From: Ascidiella aspersa
Lineage: Eukaryota
Direction: 5' to 3'
DNA length: 64,000 bases
NCBI GenBank assembly: GCA_963924565.1
Contig: OZ004613.1
Coordinates: 7,998,001-8,062,000, forward strand
This document shows, piece after piece, positions 39,801 through 54,800 of this stretch. The notes under the pieces are model-generated. The model saw nothing but the letters and a program-made list of their open reading frames with translations, was not told the DNA's origin and did not search any database. The translations under genes were made by a program, and so were the position numbers. Position 1 is the stretch's first letter. Each line of letters opens with the position of its first letter.

Positions 39801-42800
39801 ATGTTTGCTAGGTTAATTAAATTATTGCAGTTTAGTTTTTTTCTTATAATATTTTTCAAAAAAATTTGTCAAAAGTGCTGTTTTAATCGGATTTAATATA
39901 TTATCCAAAAAAAAAACTTAACAGCTATATACCAGGAACTGCCAATAGACTAACCGAATCATTTAATCCATTGGGATTTGCATGCAGGGCCAACAAAAAA
40001 AACTCCTGTGAGGTTCGAACCACCAACCCGATCATACCAAGCTATCGTTTTGTTATTGTTGAAGAAATATTTTTTTTAAATCATGTTAACTAGAGATCGA
40101 CCGATATCGCTTTTTTTTTACCAATACCCGATTTTTTACAATTTTGTCAACCGATAATACCGATACCGTTTTTATATACCTAAGAAATGTTCAAAATTTG
40201 AATTAATTGACAATAAAATCCAAATAACGTTTTAGTTTATATACCTTTATTATTTATTTAATTATTAGTTTGCATATTAACTTGCCTGATGCTAAACCCA
40301 ATTTTTTTAATAAAAAATGGGTAAGTTGTTTGCTGTACAGGAAAAATGATATCATATTTTCGCACTAAAATATCGGCCTACATTTACCGAGCCGATATAT
40401 CGGTAGAAGCCAAATATCGGCCGATATTATCAGTAAACCGATATATCGGTCTATCTCTAATTTTAACCTTCTAATTTTTTAGATCGCTGCCCAGAATCCT
40501 GAGATGACCCCGGAACAGCTTGAATCAATGATCTGGATGGAGTGGGAGGCACTGTCGCCACAGGAACGGAGCTCCTCTGTGCAGAAAGAACTCGTTGCAA
40601 CTATTTCGAAGCAGAGTAACACACTAAAACGAAGGCCCGGTCGGCCCAAAATATCTCGCGAACCCCAGGTAACTGTTTTGGTGTAGCACAGTGGTTCTTA
40701 AACTAAGGTTGTAAGCGAAATGCCAGAGAATTTTTTTTGGGGGGAGGCCTGCAGTTAATCTTTTAAATTCATAGACTGCTAACATAATTCCTTTAATAAA
40801 TAAATTAGACAACTTGTGTACACTGTAGTTCAGTGATTCCCAACCAGTGGGTCGTACTTCTTAATGTTACAGTTTTCCATTAGATCGGAAAATTATTGTA
40901 TTACCTTTGAGTAACATTTGTGCAACAAAGTAACAAATATGTAACAATTAGATGTGTTGTGTTGCATTAACTATATCAGTACGTACGTCAGTAGTAAAGA
41001 TGCAGGTTTTATGTAACTTTATTCATTTGGACGTATCTCATTGTGGGTCGCACAATAAAACTTGCATTTAAAGTGGGTCGCGAACTGCAAAAGGTTAGGA
41101 AGCATTGCTGTAAAGCATAGATTTTACCCATGCAGAAAACCGTGTCTTTCACTAAACGAACATACCCCAAAACTAGCATTTCTCGATTCTCGTTTACCTT
41201 CTATTTCACAACATCAAGGTCATTTCCGATGAATCGGAAGAAGAGGATGACTTTGTAGCAGAGGAGGGAAGCGATGGCGAGTCATACTCGTGCCCTCGAT
41301 GCCAGGTCGCCTATCCAACCAAAGTGTCGTTGGGTCAGCACAGGCGATGGTGCATTCCAAGTAATGCAGGTAACGTCTTGAGCTCGCTGCAGATTTAGTT
41401 TTTATTACGAAACACTCTGACGAGAAACTGTGCTTGCAGATGACGTCACGAAAAGATCGAGATCGAAAGAATCGCGAAAAACGTCGGCTGAGTCTCAGAG
41501 CAACGACACCATTCGTAAGATTGCAGTTATTTATCCTAATCTAACGATAATGATGCCTAATAAATTCAGAGGGTTTCAATCGTTCTTTTGTGTTTGTGTA
41601 CGTACAGTAGCGTTGCATGAGTTGACTGCTGTTTTCAGTCTAAAAAAACGTGTAACTGAAATCAAATCTAAATTGATTGAGTGCTAAAACGTCAAATTAA
41701 ATTCTATTAAAAAAAAAATCATTAATTTTTAAATAATTTACTAATGTTTGAATTAGGCCTTCGTGGAACTTAACTAGTTTACGTACCCCCAATGTGTCCA
41801 TGGACCCCAGTTTTAAGAACCACCGGCCTAATTAGTTATATAGCATTTTTTTTAGTTAAGCATTCATCGTTGACATGTTACCAATAATTTGTTCTCTAAC
41901 ATCACAAGTTCTTCATTTTGTGACAGGGGGAGAGGGTGTTTCGCATTTCACTTTCGCCTTTACCCCGGCGCCGAAAGGTTTCGCGTTCACCTGCGCCAAA
42001 TGCAGAACCAAGTTTTTCAGCGCCAAAGCCCTGCAAATTCACAAGAAGTTCTGTTCAGCAGGTACAAGTAAGGCACTTTTGTTAATCCTTGAGTGGAAAA
42101 AAACACATTTAGATGTTAACACTTGGTTAGCTAGGCTTAATAAAGCAGGTCTGCGGAGTCGGTTAAAATAACCAGAGTCCGAAATGTTCGATTTTGTCTA
42201 GTTCTCAGCTCGTAGACCCGAGTCCGACTCCAGCAAAACAAACTACTCCGTCGGGTCCGAGTCTGTAGCCCTGCTTTAAAGTTGCTTGATTCTCGTTTTG
42301 CTCTCACTTAAAAACAAATGTGGTAATCTGACGATTTGAGAATTGTGACAAAGATTGTTAATCTTGTCTGCTGTCTGCAGCAACTAGGTTAACAAGCAAC
42401 TCTTAAGAATTCCCTTCATCTTGAAGAAGGCGACTTGAATAGGTCGCCGAAACGCTGGACAATAAATATTAATGCCAGGGGGTTATTTTTTATTAATATT
42501 ATGCCGGGCAGCACAGTTTATACAAGCAACAGTAAAACAGTTATACAATCAGCTGTTAACGATTCAATTGTTATGGTGAAGGGGATATAGCAGGGGTGGG
42601 CAAATGTATTCAATGGAAGAGCCATTTGCAGAAAATACAAGCACCAAAGAGCCTCAAAATTATTTCAATACGAAAACGGTAAATAATGCAAGGCCAGTCG
42701 CAATAACAACAGAATTGTAATATAACGAAACGGTAATAATCAACACAATAATAACGGTAGTAGCAAAATAATACGCACAATATTTATTAATGTCAGTCTT

Positions 42801-45800
42801 TTGTTAACTAACTCTTCGGCCTCTATGTCTAGTGTGACGTCATAAACGAAATGCTGGCCTAAAATAAAGAAAAGAAAAAGAGGGAAGCGTTTATAAACGG
42901 TATTTTTGGTAACCTTTAGATTTTTTTGAAATATTACGATTCAACTAGAAGAGCCACAAAAAACATGCCGGAGAGCCGCAGTTTGCCCACCACTGGTATA
43001 TACCATTAAGATCAATAGTTGGCTATATTTTTGAACGCCTTTTTATACTTATTAACTGTTACAATCTTTGCATAAAAATGTTTAAATAACAGAATTGCCG
43101 CAAAGCCTTTTAAAGTTTAAATGTCTATGAATTGATTAAAGGCCTTACTGAAAATCAATAATTAAAAAAAAGACACGAATATTTCAAAAGAAAAGAGTTA
43201 AATTAAAAAACAATGCTTCGGCGCATTTATTTTAAATGTATTTAAACTTCTTGTTCTTGACGTCAATTTATGACGTCATCTTAAAAAATTTCTTATCGAC
43301 TCTGGTCCACGCAAACCCCCAAAAAATATTAGGCCGCACGCTTTAAAAAAACTTCAAGAACCACTGTGCTACCCCAACCTTCCAAAAAAACACCAGAAAC
43401 TTAAAACAGCAGTTCCCCTGAAGTAATAGAAGGCTTACACATTTAAATAGCTCATAAAGCACTTACATTAAAATGTGCTTTAGCAACCTCACTGTTAATC
43501 TTAACACCCCCCGATCGCAGCTTCGCCGGTCAAGTCTCCCAAGAAGTCAAAGGTGCCTTCCACTACCAGCTCAAGCGCAGCTTCGTCGCGCAAGGGTAGC
43601 ACGAACCAGGATGACGCCAGCAGTAACGGTGACTCTGTGGAGAACGGCACCGCCAAGAGGTTTAAGGGACCTCAGCTGGGATCGAACGCCAAGAGGGAGA
43701 ACATTTGCCCCGTAAGGAGTTTTTGATTTTTTTTGGTTGGTTTGGTTGTTTGTCTTGTGGCATACTGAGTGTGTAAAAAGAAAAGAAATCTACTCGCCCT
43801 CACACAGACTTTGACAACTAGACAATTCTAGTTTTCCAATTCAATGGATTAGAGCACAATGGGGCTAGTTCTAATTTATAATCTGATTTGTGAATTGCTT
43901 GTTGTGCTCAAATTCTAGTTCTAATGTAAATAGGATTTTACCAAAAATGCTAGAATATAAATTGAAATTCTTTGGTTGGAACGACTTGTAGGTGATTTTT
44001 ACAGGCTGAAAAGCATATGTTATTCTAAAAGGCATAAAAATTAGGGCGGGAATATTTACCATTCACATTCTAATATTCTTTAAGACTTACCTGTCTCAAC
44101 CAAAGTCAGTCATTTATAAGTTCTACGGCCTCATCAGTCTTATTTTGTATGAATCTTATTACGAAATTAATTCAATCGTATTAAGACTGATAATTTAATG
44201 CGTTATTTTGTTAATTCCCCAAACATTTGCTTAGCGCCAAAAAGTATTTATTTTGTATGGAACCATCATAGGGCTTAATGTAGGGTTGCTACCAAGTCTT
44301 TGAATATTTGATTGTCTTTCAATTGAATTGATTTACGTATTAAAAAGCCTTCAAAAAACCCTATGTTTTTCCGAAAGTATCCAGCTAAAGTTATGTGTGT
44401 AAAATATTTTTAATTGTGATGACCATGACATTTATACCGCTTTGTTTTCGAATTGCATTCAAAGAACGTCAAGCTATCTTTAATAAAAAAGCACAAAAAA
44501 ATTCTTTAGAAATTTGAATTTCTTATATCAAATTATGTAGCACTAGATGACTAGAGCTTAAGATTTTCGTCCTGGGATTGTTTGCCTTTAACTTTCTCCT
44601 GTCGTTTCACATTATAATTCGTTCGATTCTGACAGGTTTGTGAAAGCTTCAGCGACGACCTGATCCCATGCACGGGCGGCTGCTGCCAGAGCTACCACGA
44701 TTCTTGCGCCAAACTTAGCCCCGACGGGGAAGGGTCGGTATGCGACAACTGCAAAAACGGTAAGTCGCCGTTTATGGCCAAATTGGATTGCATGTCTGTC
44801 AGGGTTGTCGCAAAGTGTTGATTTGAACATCGAAAAGGCGTTGAAAAAACCTTTTTTTAACTATCTGTTATTGCGTTGACCATGTGGCATGTACACTGTT
44901 TTATTTTCGAATTATATACACTACATGTCAAGTAAAACTATTTTTTTAAAGCATAATTAAGTCTTAAATGTTGTGAAATTGTTTATTAATATTGTGTGGC
45001 CAATATAGGGATGTTCAAAGTAGAATCCAAGAGGATTCTAGAACTTTAGGTTTCAAGTCTAGAAAAACGAATCCAGAATAGCCAATCCTAGTATATATTT
45101 TTTGTTTGGGGGAGGGATTAATCTTAATATACCCTACAGGGCCAACAGTTCCAGCAATAAACATTTTGTAATTAATGAGCCATTTTGCACAGGTTAGAAA
45201 AAATAAAGCCCTGGAGTTTTGAAAGTTGGCACATATAAACGTATACTATACAACCTAACATCCCGATTGGAAAATACGCACAGGTTCACACGCCTGCTTC
45301 ATTTGCAAGAAGGCGCCTGCGGAAAGCACCGAAGACCTTGGTGAGATGCGAAGGTGTGGGGTGCAGAACTGCGGGCGATCCTACCACGGCACCTGTCTGC
45401 GCATGCGCAAGCTCGCCATCGCCGGTGACGAGCTGGACAAAGACAAGGGTGAAAGGTCAGTGGCTGACCAGTGCTTAGATTGCCCTGAATTTTGATTATG
45501 ATGATTGTAAAATCATAGATTGCTGAAAACCACATTATCACAAAAGACTTGAACGGTTCATTAAATCATTTTGGATTAACCAATGTCGTTACACCATGAA
45601 CAAAAATGATTCGTGGTTTCCGGTTATACTCGTCTCTTTAGCTAACGCCTCAGCTGATAAATTCCTCGTTGCTCAATGGTGCAGTTTAGCGGATGACTCC
45701 GTCACTTTAAAACTTATCGTATACTTCAGCGACGTCTAGCTTTATTTTTGTTTCAAACTTTTTAGTATATTATCTAGCTAACACATTCTCGTTTTAATTA

Positions 45801-48800
45801 TTAACCCTAATATGGTTAGCTGTTATCTTCTGTAGCAACATCGGTTTATAACTTCATTAACACCAGAAGAGCGATTTCTACATAATGACCAAATATGTCA
45901 GTACTTCTCTGCTACTGCAGTAGTTTACATGCTTCAGATTAGATTGATTATGAGCAAAATGCTCTAAAAACTATTGAAGCAATACAAAAATATGGCTGAT
46001 AGTAGTTAACTTTGTTATTGGCTAATTTGTGATATGTTAACTTTAGGCTTACATTCGTTGGAGAAAATTCCCGCCGATAAATGTTCAGTTTTAATTGTAT
46101 CCTTTTGTAAAAACCTGCAGCAAATTAGGCTACGAATGTTTAAAAGCCTCTGTTTTATACTTCTGTCTAAATGAGTTTAGGCATTTTATGTGGTTAAGAA
46201 TACACTAAGATTTATAAACCACACCTAACCACGTTTTTTTGTTATACCCATGAATGATACGTCTTGGGCCCGTAGTGTCTTCATTTTCTTCTACACTGCG
46301 ATTCTTTGAAGGATAAACTAAACAAGCTAACGATACAATCCAGTGGTTCTCAACCGGGTGCCGCTGCGCCCTAGTGTACCATTTCTAATGCTCAATGGTG
46401 CCGATAGGTTTTCTTAAAATTTTAAAGAATTTAAAGTTTGCTTAATTGGTATTGAATGTTAGGTTAAACTCAACATAAACCCGCCGGTAATGTCGTTTAT
46501 TGCCCAAGTATAGTTAACAGAAAACTCTTTTTTTGTGTCGAACTTAACTTAATTAATCGTTTAACGGACACATTTTTACTAACTTTTCAAAAAATTTCAA
46601 AAATAAAAAGCCTAAACGCCCGGGGATTGGTATTTTGACGTCGCGTGTGTACGTTTTTATCTATATGTTATTCTTGGTTTTTAGACAAAACTTTCTCAAC
46701 AACACCCGCTGTACATTCCACCATTGCGCCACTTGTGCTTCAAAAGCTTCTGGAGAAGACCCTTGCCTCACTAACGCCGCCCGACAGCGGATGTTTAAGT
46801 AAGTTTATCTTTTGTAACACCGATTAAATATTTGTCAAGAATTTCTAATGGTTTACAGAAATATATAGAGTTTTTCACTTTACTAATTATTTTTCCTAGT
46901 GTTACCCTTTTGGTATTTTCTCCCAAGACCGCTTACAAAAGTGTACGGTATCTTTAAAATTTATTTATTGATGAAAATGGTAATATTTTTTTTAAACTAT
47001 TTTTAACCATAACATGTGCTTTAATTACCCTCCCGCTTACCACACGGGCGACAAAGTCTTAAAAAATATTTGAAAATTTACAGAAATCAGGGTATACCTC
47101 GATTTACCACACGGGCGACGGCCGTATGACAAAGTCCTGGGACAATTTGGCAAACTTATAGAAATTTTATTCTACCTTGTTTTTTCCACCACCTCAGGTG
47201 CATCAAATGTCCTACCGCTTACCACACGGGCGACGACTGCTTGGCTGCCGGCTCGGTGATCAAACCCGGCCTGAACATCATCTGTCCCGACCACTTCTCA
47301 CCGCACAAGCAAGTCCCACATCACCAACCCGTACACGTCAGCTGGTGTTTTGTCTGTTCGAAAGGTAGATATCCACAGACTGGAAAAATCTTGCCAGTCT
47401 TCTGGTGCCAAACGTTTTGGCCCAAGTTCTTTATTTATTTTTTTTAATAAGTTCGAGATGACCGTAAGGCCTGACCATCGCGGGCCTGATATTACATTTT
47501 GTTTCGAACTTAACCTAATTACTATCGTTAAACGAAGAAAAATATAAAATATAGAAGCCTATGCAACAAAAAATGTAGTGAACTTTAGTAAATTGTCGTT
47601 CATCTTAAACCCCTCTTTCTCCCAACAGGAGGCCAGCTTGTGTGCTGCGAGGGTTGTCCCGCCGCATTCCACCCTACTTGTGTGGAGATGGAAAAACCTC
47701 CTGATGGGGAGTGGTTCTGCCGGGATTGTCGCAACAGAAGAAGGCCACTGTATGGCGAGATCGTCTGGGTCAAACTCGGCTCTTACAGGTGGGTCGCTCG
47801 ACGGGTTTGAGACATGGCTGCGGAGTCCGACTTTGGCGAAAGAAATGAACACGAGCTTCGACTTACGACAAAATGTGCGATTTTGTAGATTCCTGAGTCC
47901 TACTCAGTCCCGAGTATCCTACCAAAAAATATACACCAGTCCGACTCCGGCCAAATGAGCGATTTTGTTGTCTTATCAGTTTCGAATCTTTGTACTGCGC
48001 ACGTCGGACTCGGGACTCTGATAGTCTTACGCGAATCCCAAATCTAGCTTCAACAAAAGAAACCGATTTTCCAAAAAATGGAAAAGTGAAATGGAGTCTA
48101 AATACATTAAGTGCAAAAACGTTTAATTTTTAAATAAACTCTTTTCTTAAAATAATTGATTGCATTGAGTATTTCATTTAGGCGTTCATGGACCCCCTAA
48201 ACTAGTTCACGTACCCCCAAGTACTTCAGATCGTTTATTATAATTAGAGAATAAAACCTACAATTTCTAATTGGAAAAAATAAGTTTTTTGTTCCTTGGA
48301 CATTTAAATTTAGTGATATAGTCAATTGTCGTTTTTTTGAGTAAGGATAAAAACTTGTTAAGTTCGATTGCATCGGCCTCGCAAACCGGCCTAAAACATT
48401 TTTTACGCTTTCAGATGGTGGCCTGGCGAGATTACCCACCCGAACGAGATCCCGGATAACATCGAGCGAATGCAGCACGGGGTCGGAGAATTCGTCGTCA
48501 AATTTTACGGCTCGAACGACTACTTCTGGCTCAACAAGAGACGCGTCTTCGTATACCAGGTAATTTATTGAAATTTTGAAACAGATTTTGTTCGAAGCTT
48601 TAACACGAAACTGCCGTTAAATTTTGTTTTGTATATTTGATATTATCCTGTGTAGAAATTGTATCCCTGTTTTTCTATCGAGACTTTAGACACCAGTGTT
48701 GCAAACAAGTCATTTTCAAGTCCCAGTCAAGTCATTTAAAAAAAAACTTAGTCAAGTCATTGTTAGGCTTAACCTTCATCATTTTTAAACATTCTGGTTG

Positions 48801-51800
48801 TTGGTGATTGCTAGGTATACAGCAAGTCCGGCCCGATGCGTTGGAATCGTTTTTCTTACTCACTGTGTAATGCGCGATTCATTACTATTAAAAGAGTTGT
48901 TTAGTAGAAGTATGCCGATTACTTACCACAATACTGTGTAGAATTGACCGAAAGTTGTGTCACACAAATTAAAAACCTTATCATTGAAACATATATATGC
49001 CTGGCATTTTTGAGGTCTGGCTTCAGTGACCCCACAGTATTTTTTGTTGTCATTTTCCGGAATTCTAAACGCGAGCGAATTTTATGAAAACTTCTAGGCA
49101 TCTTGATTTTGTTAATTACTGAAAATTGTTTACGGTCGACTGGCGACTATTAAAGTAGACGCAAAATAAGGTATAAAGGCAATTTTTTCTTATTTTACAC
49201 CCATAGAAAAAATTGTGCCAAACAGAATAAATATTTTGTTTACTTGCTTTAACGAAATATTTACACTTACTTAAAAAAAATAAAATTGTAATTTGACCTT
49301 TCTGAAGTCCTACTTGAAAAATCGTACTTTTTGAAACAAAAACTCTTCTGAAAAGTGCTTCAAAAAACGCGGAAAAACCCACTTAGCGCTTCAGTTTTTA
49401 TACTCATCTTACCAAATTCCAAAAAATTCTTGATTGTTTTTGCAACAGGAGGGCGACACAGGTGCGACCGCTGCCAACTGTTCGCGCGGCATCAGCAACG
49501 TTTTCAACAAAGCGCTGCAAACAGCACGTGAGAGGTTCGAGTCAATCGCCTCGCACAAGCAGAAGGTGCAAGACAAGAGGACCCAGAATAAGAGGCCAAC
49601 CTACAAGCACATTAAGGTGGGTGGTGGATTGTAAAATGTCAAAAGATATTGTATTCATGGGTACACTATGCACGGATCTGTAATGTAGCTTAGTCGACCC
49701 TTTTGGGCTTTGCAATTCATTATCAAGCTATATCGTATTCATGTACTTAATTGAAATTCGAGGTAGACCCATATAGTGGGTTACCGATAAGGTCGCCCGA
49801 TATTTTGCTTCTCTCGGTATATCGGTATAGGTTAACTTAACTTTTGTTAAAGCCATAAGACCTTAATAGGAACAACATCAACGTCGGAATAAAACACAGT
49901 TCTGAATGAGACCAAAATAGGAATAAATCCTAATAGGCGTAATAACGTACAAATCGAAATAAGCCGTAAATCTGTCGAAATAAAATCTCAATCGTCAGAA
50001 TCAGGTCTATACAACCTGCAGTTTGTTTTTAAATTTGTACTGCGCACGTCCGACTAGGGACTCGGAAAGTTTTCTGTGGTCTTTCTCGAGTCCGACTCCA
50101 GCAAAATAAACCGACTCCATTGAGTCCCGAGTCCGAGTCTGACACCGCAGTCCTGATGACAAGTTTTCGCAGCCAGGTCAGACTTAATACCAGCTAACGC
50201 TTAAAATCACCTATTACCAACGTTTATCTTACCTAAGTCAAAACGAGGTGCCGCGATCGACGCAATCAATTTATCAAATGCATATAGCGTTAAACGTTGT
50301 TCGAACTTGACGACAATTATCATCAACAATACAAATATTGTTGAAAAACGATGTTGAAAATGAATAAAGAGTTATTCGAAACGTTCAAAGTGATACCTAC
50401 TTCTGTGTGGGCTTTGATATTCTAAATACGTTTTACTCCAACCTCCAACCATTATGCTCCAAAAAATACCAATATTTTGTGTGTGCAGATCAACAAGCCG
50501 TGTGGCAACGTGCAAGTGTACACGGCCGACCTTAGCGAGGTTTCCCGCTGCATTTGCAAGCGAACTGACTCGCACCCGTGTGGACCCGAGTCCGAATGCC
50601 TCAACAGGATGCTTATGTACGAGTGCAACCCGACTCTTTGCCCGGCAGGTGAGCGAGTAGGCGGGTATTTCATTCTGGGTTGACTCTGTTTTTGGTTGAC
50701 TTCATCTTATTTTTGTCGCCTATCACGGATTTTTAGCTTTCTAGTCTGCGATCCTTTTACATTTATTTTACACGTTTTGCGACTCTTTCAGATTGAAAGT
50801 AATAAACGAAATCTTTCTCACTGTTTGGCTCAATACACAATTATTTATGTATTGTGAAAGTCAGCTAATTGCTTTGTGTATTATTTAAAGTAAAATAGAG
50901 ATCTATGTAGATTTTGTGCGAAATTAATTATCGCCCATTTTGCGAAGTTCACCGCAATTATGGTATTAACAGTCGTTTTTCGTTTAATTGTTTTTTCAGT
51001 GTAACTTTGGTTTGTTGTTCTTATATGTTATAAATCAACCTAATCAAAACTAGGGCTAGTGATGTACTTAGCGTTTTTTTTCCTTCGCACGCCACAAAAC
51101 AGGCAACAACACAAAAAAAACATTTTTTCACAGGCCACAAAAAACTTTTTTTTTCGAAGGCCACAATTTTTTTATTTTTTCGAAGGCGACAAAAAATATT
51201 TTCTCTCGCAGGCGACAAATGCGAGAACCAACGTTTTACGAAACGAGCTTACCCCGAGTCTGAAGTTTTCCGAACCGTGTGGGGAGGTTGGGGACTCAGG
51301 ACAAAGGTCAAGATCAAGAAGGTAAGTCGAAGTCCAGAAAAAAAGTGGAATTTGTTAAAAAAAACATAAATAATAATAAAAAATAAAAACATGCCCTTTT
51401 AAACAAAATTCAGCTTGTAATGGTTTACAAGAGAAAACAAAGTTAAAAATTGGGAAAAAACATTCAAAGGATTTTCTGAATGTCAAGTACTAAGGTTTGC
51501 CAAACAAAACTCGCTCAAGACAAAAAAGAGCCTGAAACCTTTAAAGCAATGTCTGCCCACATCTCGAAGTTCGTTTCATATGAGTTTTATCCCACTTCGA
51601 CTAAATGTCACAATTACAGTCCTAATGATTTAACGAATTTTACATCCAGTACTTGAATGTTGACAAGCCGTACTCGCAAATTTAATTATGTACTCGTATT
51701 GTCACTAGCCGTATTCATATGTTTACCAACCGTAGTAGTATATTTACGTCACATACTCGTAGTATACTTACATCCATATACTCGTATAGATTTACATACA

Positions 51801-54800
51801 AATACGTATATTTACACCCTAAAATACTCGTATAAATACATCCTAAAATACTCGTATAAATACATCCTAAAATACTCGTATAAATACATCTTAAAATACT
51901 CGTATAAATACATCCTAAAATACTTGTATAAATACATCCTAAAATACTCGTATAAATACATCCTAAAATACTCGTATAAATACATCCTAAAATCCTCGTA
52001 TAAATACATCCTAAAATACTCGTATAAATACATCCTAAAATACTCGTATAAATACATCCTAAAATACTCGTATAAATACATCTTAAAATACTCGTATAAA
52101 TACATCCTAAAATCCTCGTATAAATACATCCTAAAATACTCGTATAAATACATCCTAAAATACTCGTATAAATACATCCTAAAATACTCGTATAAATACA
52201 TCCTAAAATACTCGTATAAATACATCCTAATACTCGTATATTTACATCACACTACTCGTATATTTAAATTCAAATACTCTTATATTTACATTCAAGTACT
52301 CGTATATTCACATCCTGAACTCGTACAATAACACACCTCATACACTCAGGGCATGTTCGTGAACGAGTACGTGGGCGAGTTGGTGGACAACGAAGAGTGC
52401 TTACGCCGCATCGAGCAAGCGCACAAGAACAACGTCACCAACTTCTACATGCTCACCATTGACAAGGTAGGACTACTCGTATATTGCACCTGTTTTGTTC
52501 CTTGTTATAACGTGGTCTGTAAACACAATCGTATCTAAACAAGTAAAAGGTTGCATCTGCCTGGCAAACGGTCTTGCTATTAAAACACCATTGACAAGGT
52601 GCGGACCCGTTTTGTTTCTTGCACCATTGTGTAAATACGATACCAAATGATGTCATTACTATGTTCAAATTAGCGAAATAGATTCAATTAAAACGTTCAA
52701 ACCTATTTTTCAAGGTTATTTGACAACAGTTTGCCTTAGTGATAAATAGGTTGGATACATCCAGTTGTTATCTTGTTATTTTTTATCAATTTACCTTTAA
52801 AAGTAGAAATCGCTGCGCTGGGTCGCAAATCACGGCTGAAATGTTAATTTGGTGCCCGATACCACGAGATATCGGACGAGTAACGATACTACCACTTGGC
52901 ATCCGGTATCCGATCTGATTCTAAATTTTATCGGTCATGTACAGTAACATGCGAGTAATTTTTTTTTTCACGATTTTATAATTTTTTCACTTGTTAAACA
53001 CGAAAAGGCCAATAATCTTGTGGTCGTGCGTAGGACCGCATTATAGACGCGGGTCCGAAGGGCAACTACTCCCGCTTCATGAACCACTGCTGCGACCCAA
53101 GCTGCGAGACGCAGAAGTGGATGGTGAACGGGGACACGAGGGTCGGCCTTTTCGCCAGGAAGGATATCAACGAAGGTGGGAGAAATCGTACTTTGTGTGC
53201 CATTAGTCCTATCTGTTTTGTGTGTAACTTTGGTTAATGTTCTGTACCCGTCTTGTCCCATGTGGTTTAGTTTATATGCTGACCTTGTTGGGTTTTGCTC
53301 TTGCTTTCTCCTTCACTTTATATTTGTACCTCCAGGAGGGTTAAATTAACCCGATTTGCCTCTGTTCTAATGACTTGAGTGTTTTTGAATGACTGTGTTT
53401 AAATAACTTGGCTTGAATTTGATAGTTTCGGTAAAATGTCTTGACTTGGACTAAGGCCATTCAGTCAAACGATTTGAAGTTTTATCGTCTTTGGTTGTCT
53501 TTAAATAATTATATAAAAAAACTGTAATAGCCACCCACACCAGGTGTAAAATATACAAGGGAGAAAGAGAGTTTTCCAATAATATATTTTGTCTGCCATC
53601 AGGCGAAGAGCTCACCTTCAACTACAACCTCGACTGTCTTGGCAACGAGAAAACAGCTTGTATGTGCGGATCCAAGAACTGCAGCGGATTTATCGGCGTA
53701 AGACCCAAGGTAAGTAAAGAACGACCTTGGTAAAACACTTCTAACAAAAAAGGAGTAAAGGTCTCCGATTTTGTTCTGGTATCGATTTAACAGAGCCCAA
53801 TGGGCAATTGGGCCGAGGAATAAATACGCCGTATTTTTTACCCGGGATAACAGCAATGGTCATAATTTGTGATAGTGAAGGTACGTAACTTTTAATATAA
53901 GACAAATGATAAGCTCGTAAACATACGAGCCGACGATGCCAATATAGGCGAAATATATATTCCTTTAAAAAATGTCTTATCCTGGTTTATTTGGGTTTTT
54001 AAACTTCGAGTTTTATTGTTTAATTCTCGCTTTGTTTAGTTATATTGTCATTAAACTTGTACAGTATTAATATTAACTATATATTCAATCTTTATCCTCA
54101 ATATATCATCTCTCAACTTTCTTTCGTTATAATCTTCCTTATTATATATAATCTTCTTTGACACAAGGTCTGATAAAAGGTATTTGCTTTAATAAATCCT
54201 CTCCTAGATCGTCCTCTCAATCTTCCTCTTCCTCGTTTACGTCTTTCTAATTTTCTGACCATACTTTTCTCATTTTATTTTAGTAACAATTGTCCTCTCA
54301 TAGTCTTGATTTTCCACTTTAAATCCCCTTTGTCCCGAAAAATATTAAAAAAGTTGTTTTTCCTTTTTCTTAAGCACAGCAAATTTATTCCTAAAATTTG
54401 TATTTTTATTTCTATATTTCCACTTCCCGCTTACCACATCCGATTTATCATAACAATTTTTTTTTTACATTCCGCTTACCATACTGGTGTTGCTTTATTT
54501 TTTTCCTTCACCACTCCCTCCTCCTTACAGCCACAGATGGACCCAGGAGCCGCTCTTCCCGCAGCATCCGGGAGGAACAAGCGGAAGAAGAAGAGGGCGG
54601 ACTCCCGCATTGTTCCCAAGCACGACGACTTCTGCTTCCGATGTCGTCAGACCGGCATCCTGGTGTGCTGCGACGTTAGAGGGTGCCAGAGAGCATTCTG
54701 TCTCTCCTGTCTTCGACTCACCAAGCCCCCGTTCGGTAAAAAGCGAAAAGAACCGAAATTGCTTGGCTGGGAGATTTAATCCTCCAAATATCATATGCAT

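Noticed and set aside
51815-52230. CRISPR-like array
   Set aside because: The units are contiguous with no unique spacers, the context is eukaryotic, and there are no cas genes.
51657-52331. 224-aa (+) and 137-aa (-) repetitive ORFs (YKYILKYS / MYLYEYFR)
   Set aside because: They are translations of a stop-free 24-bp minisatellite inside an NSD intron.
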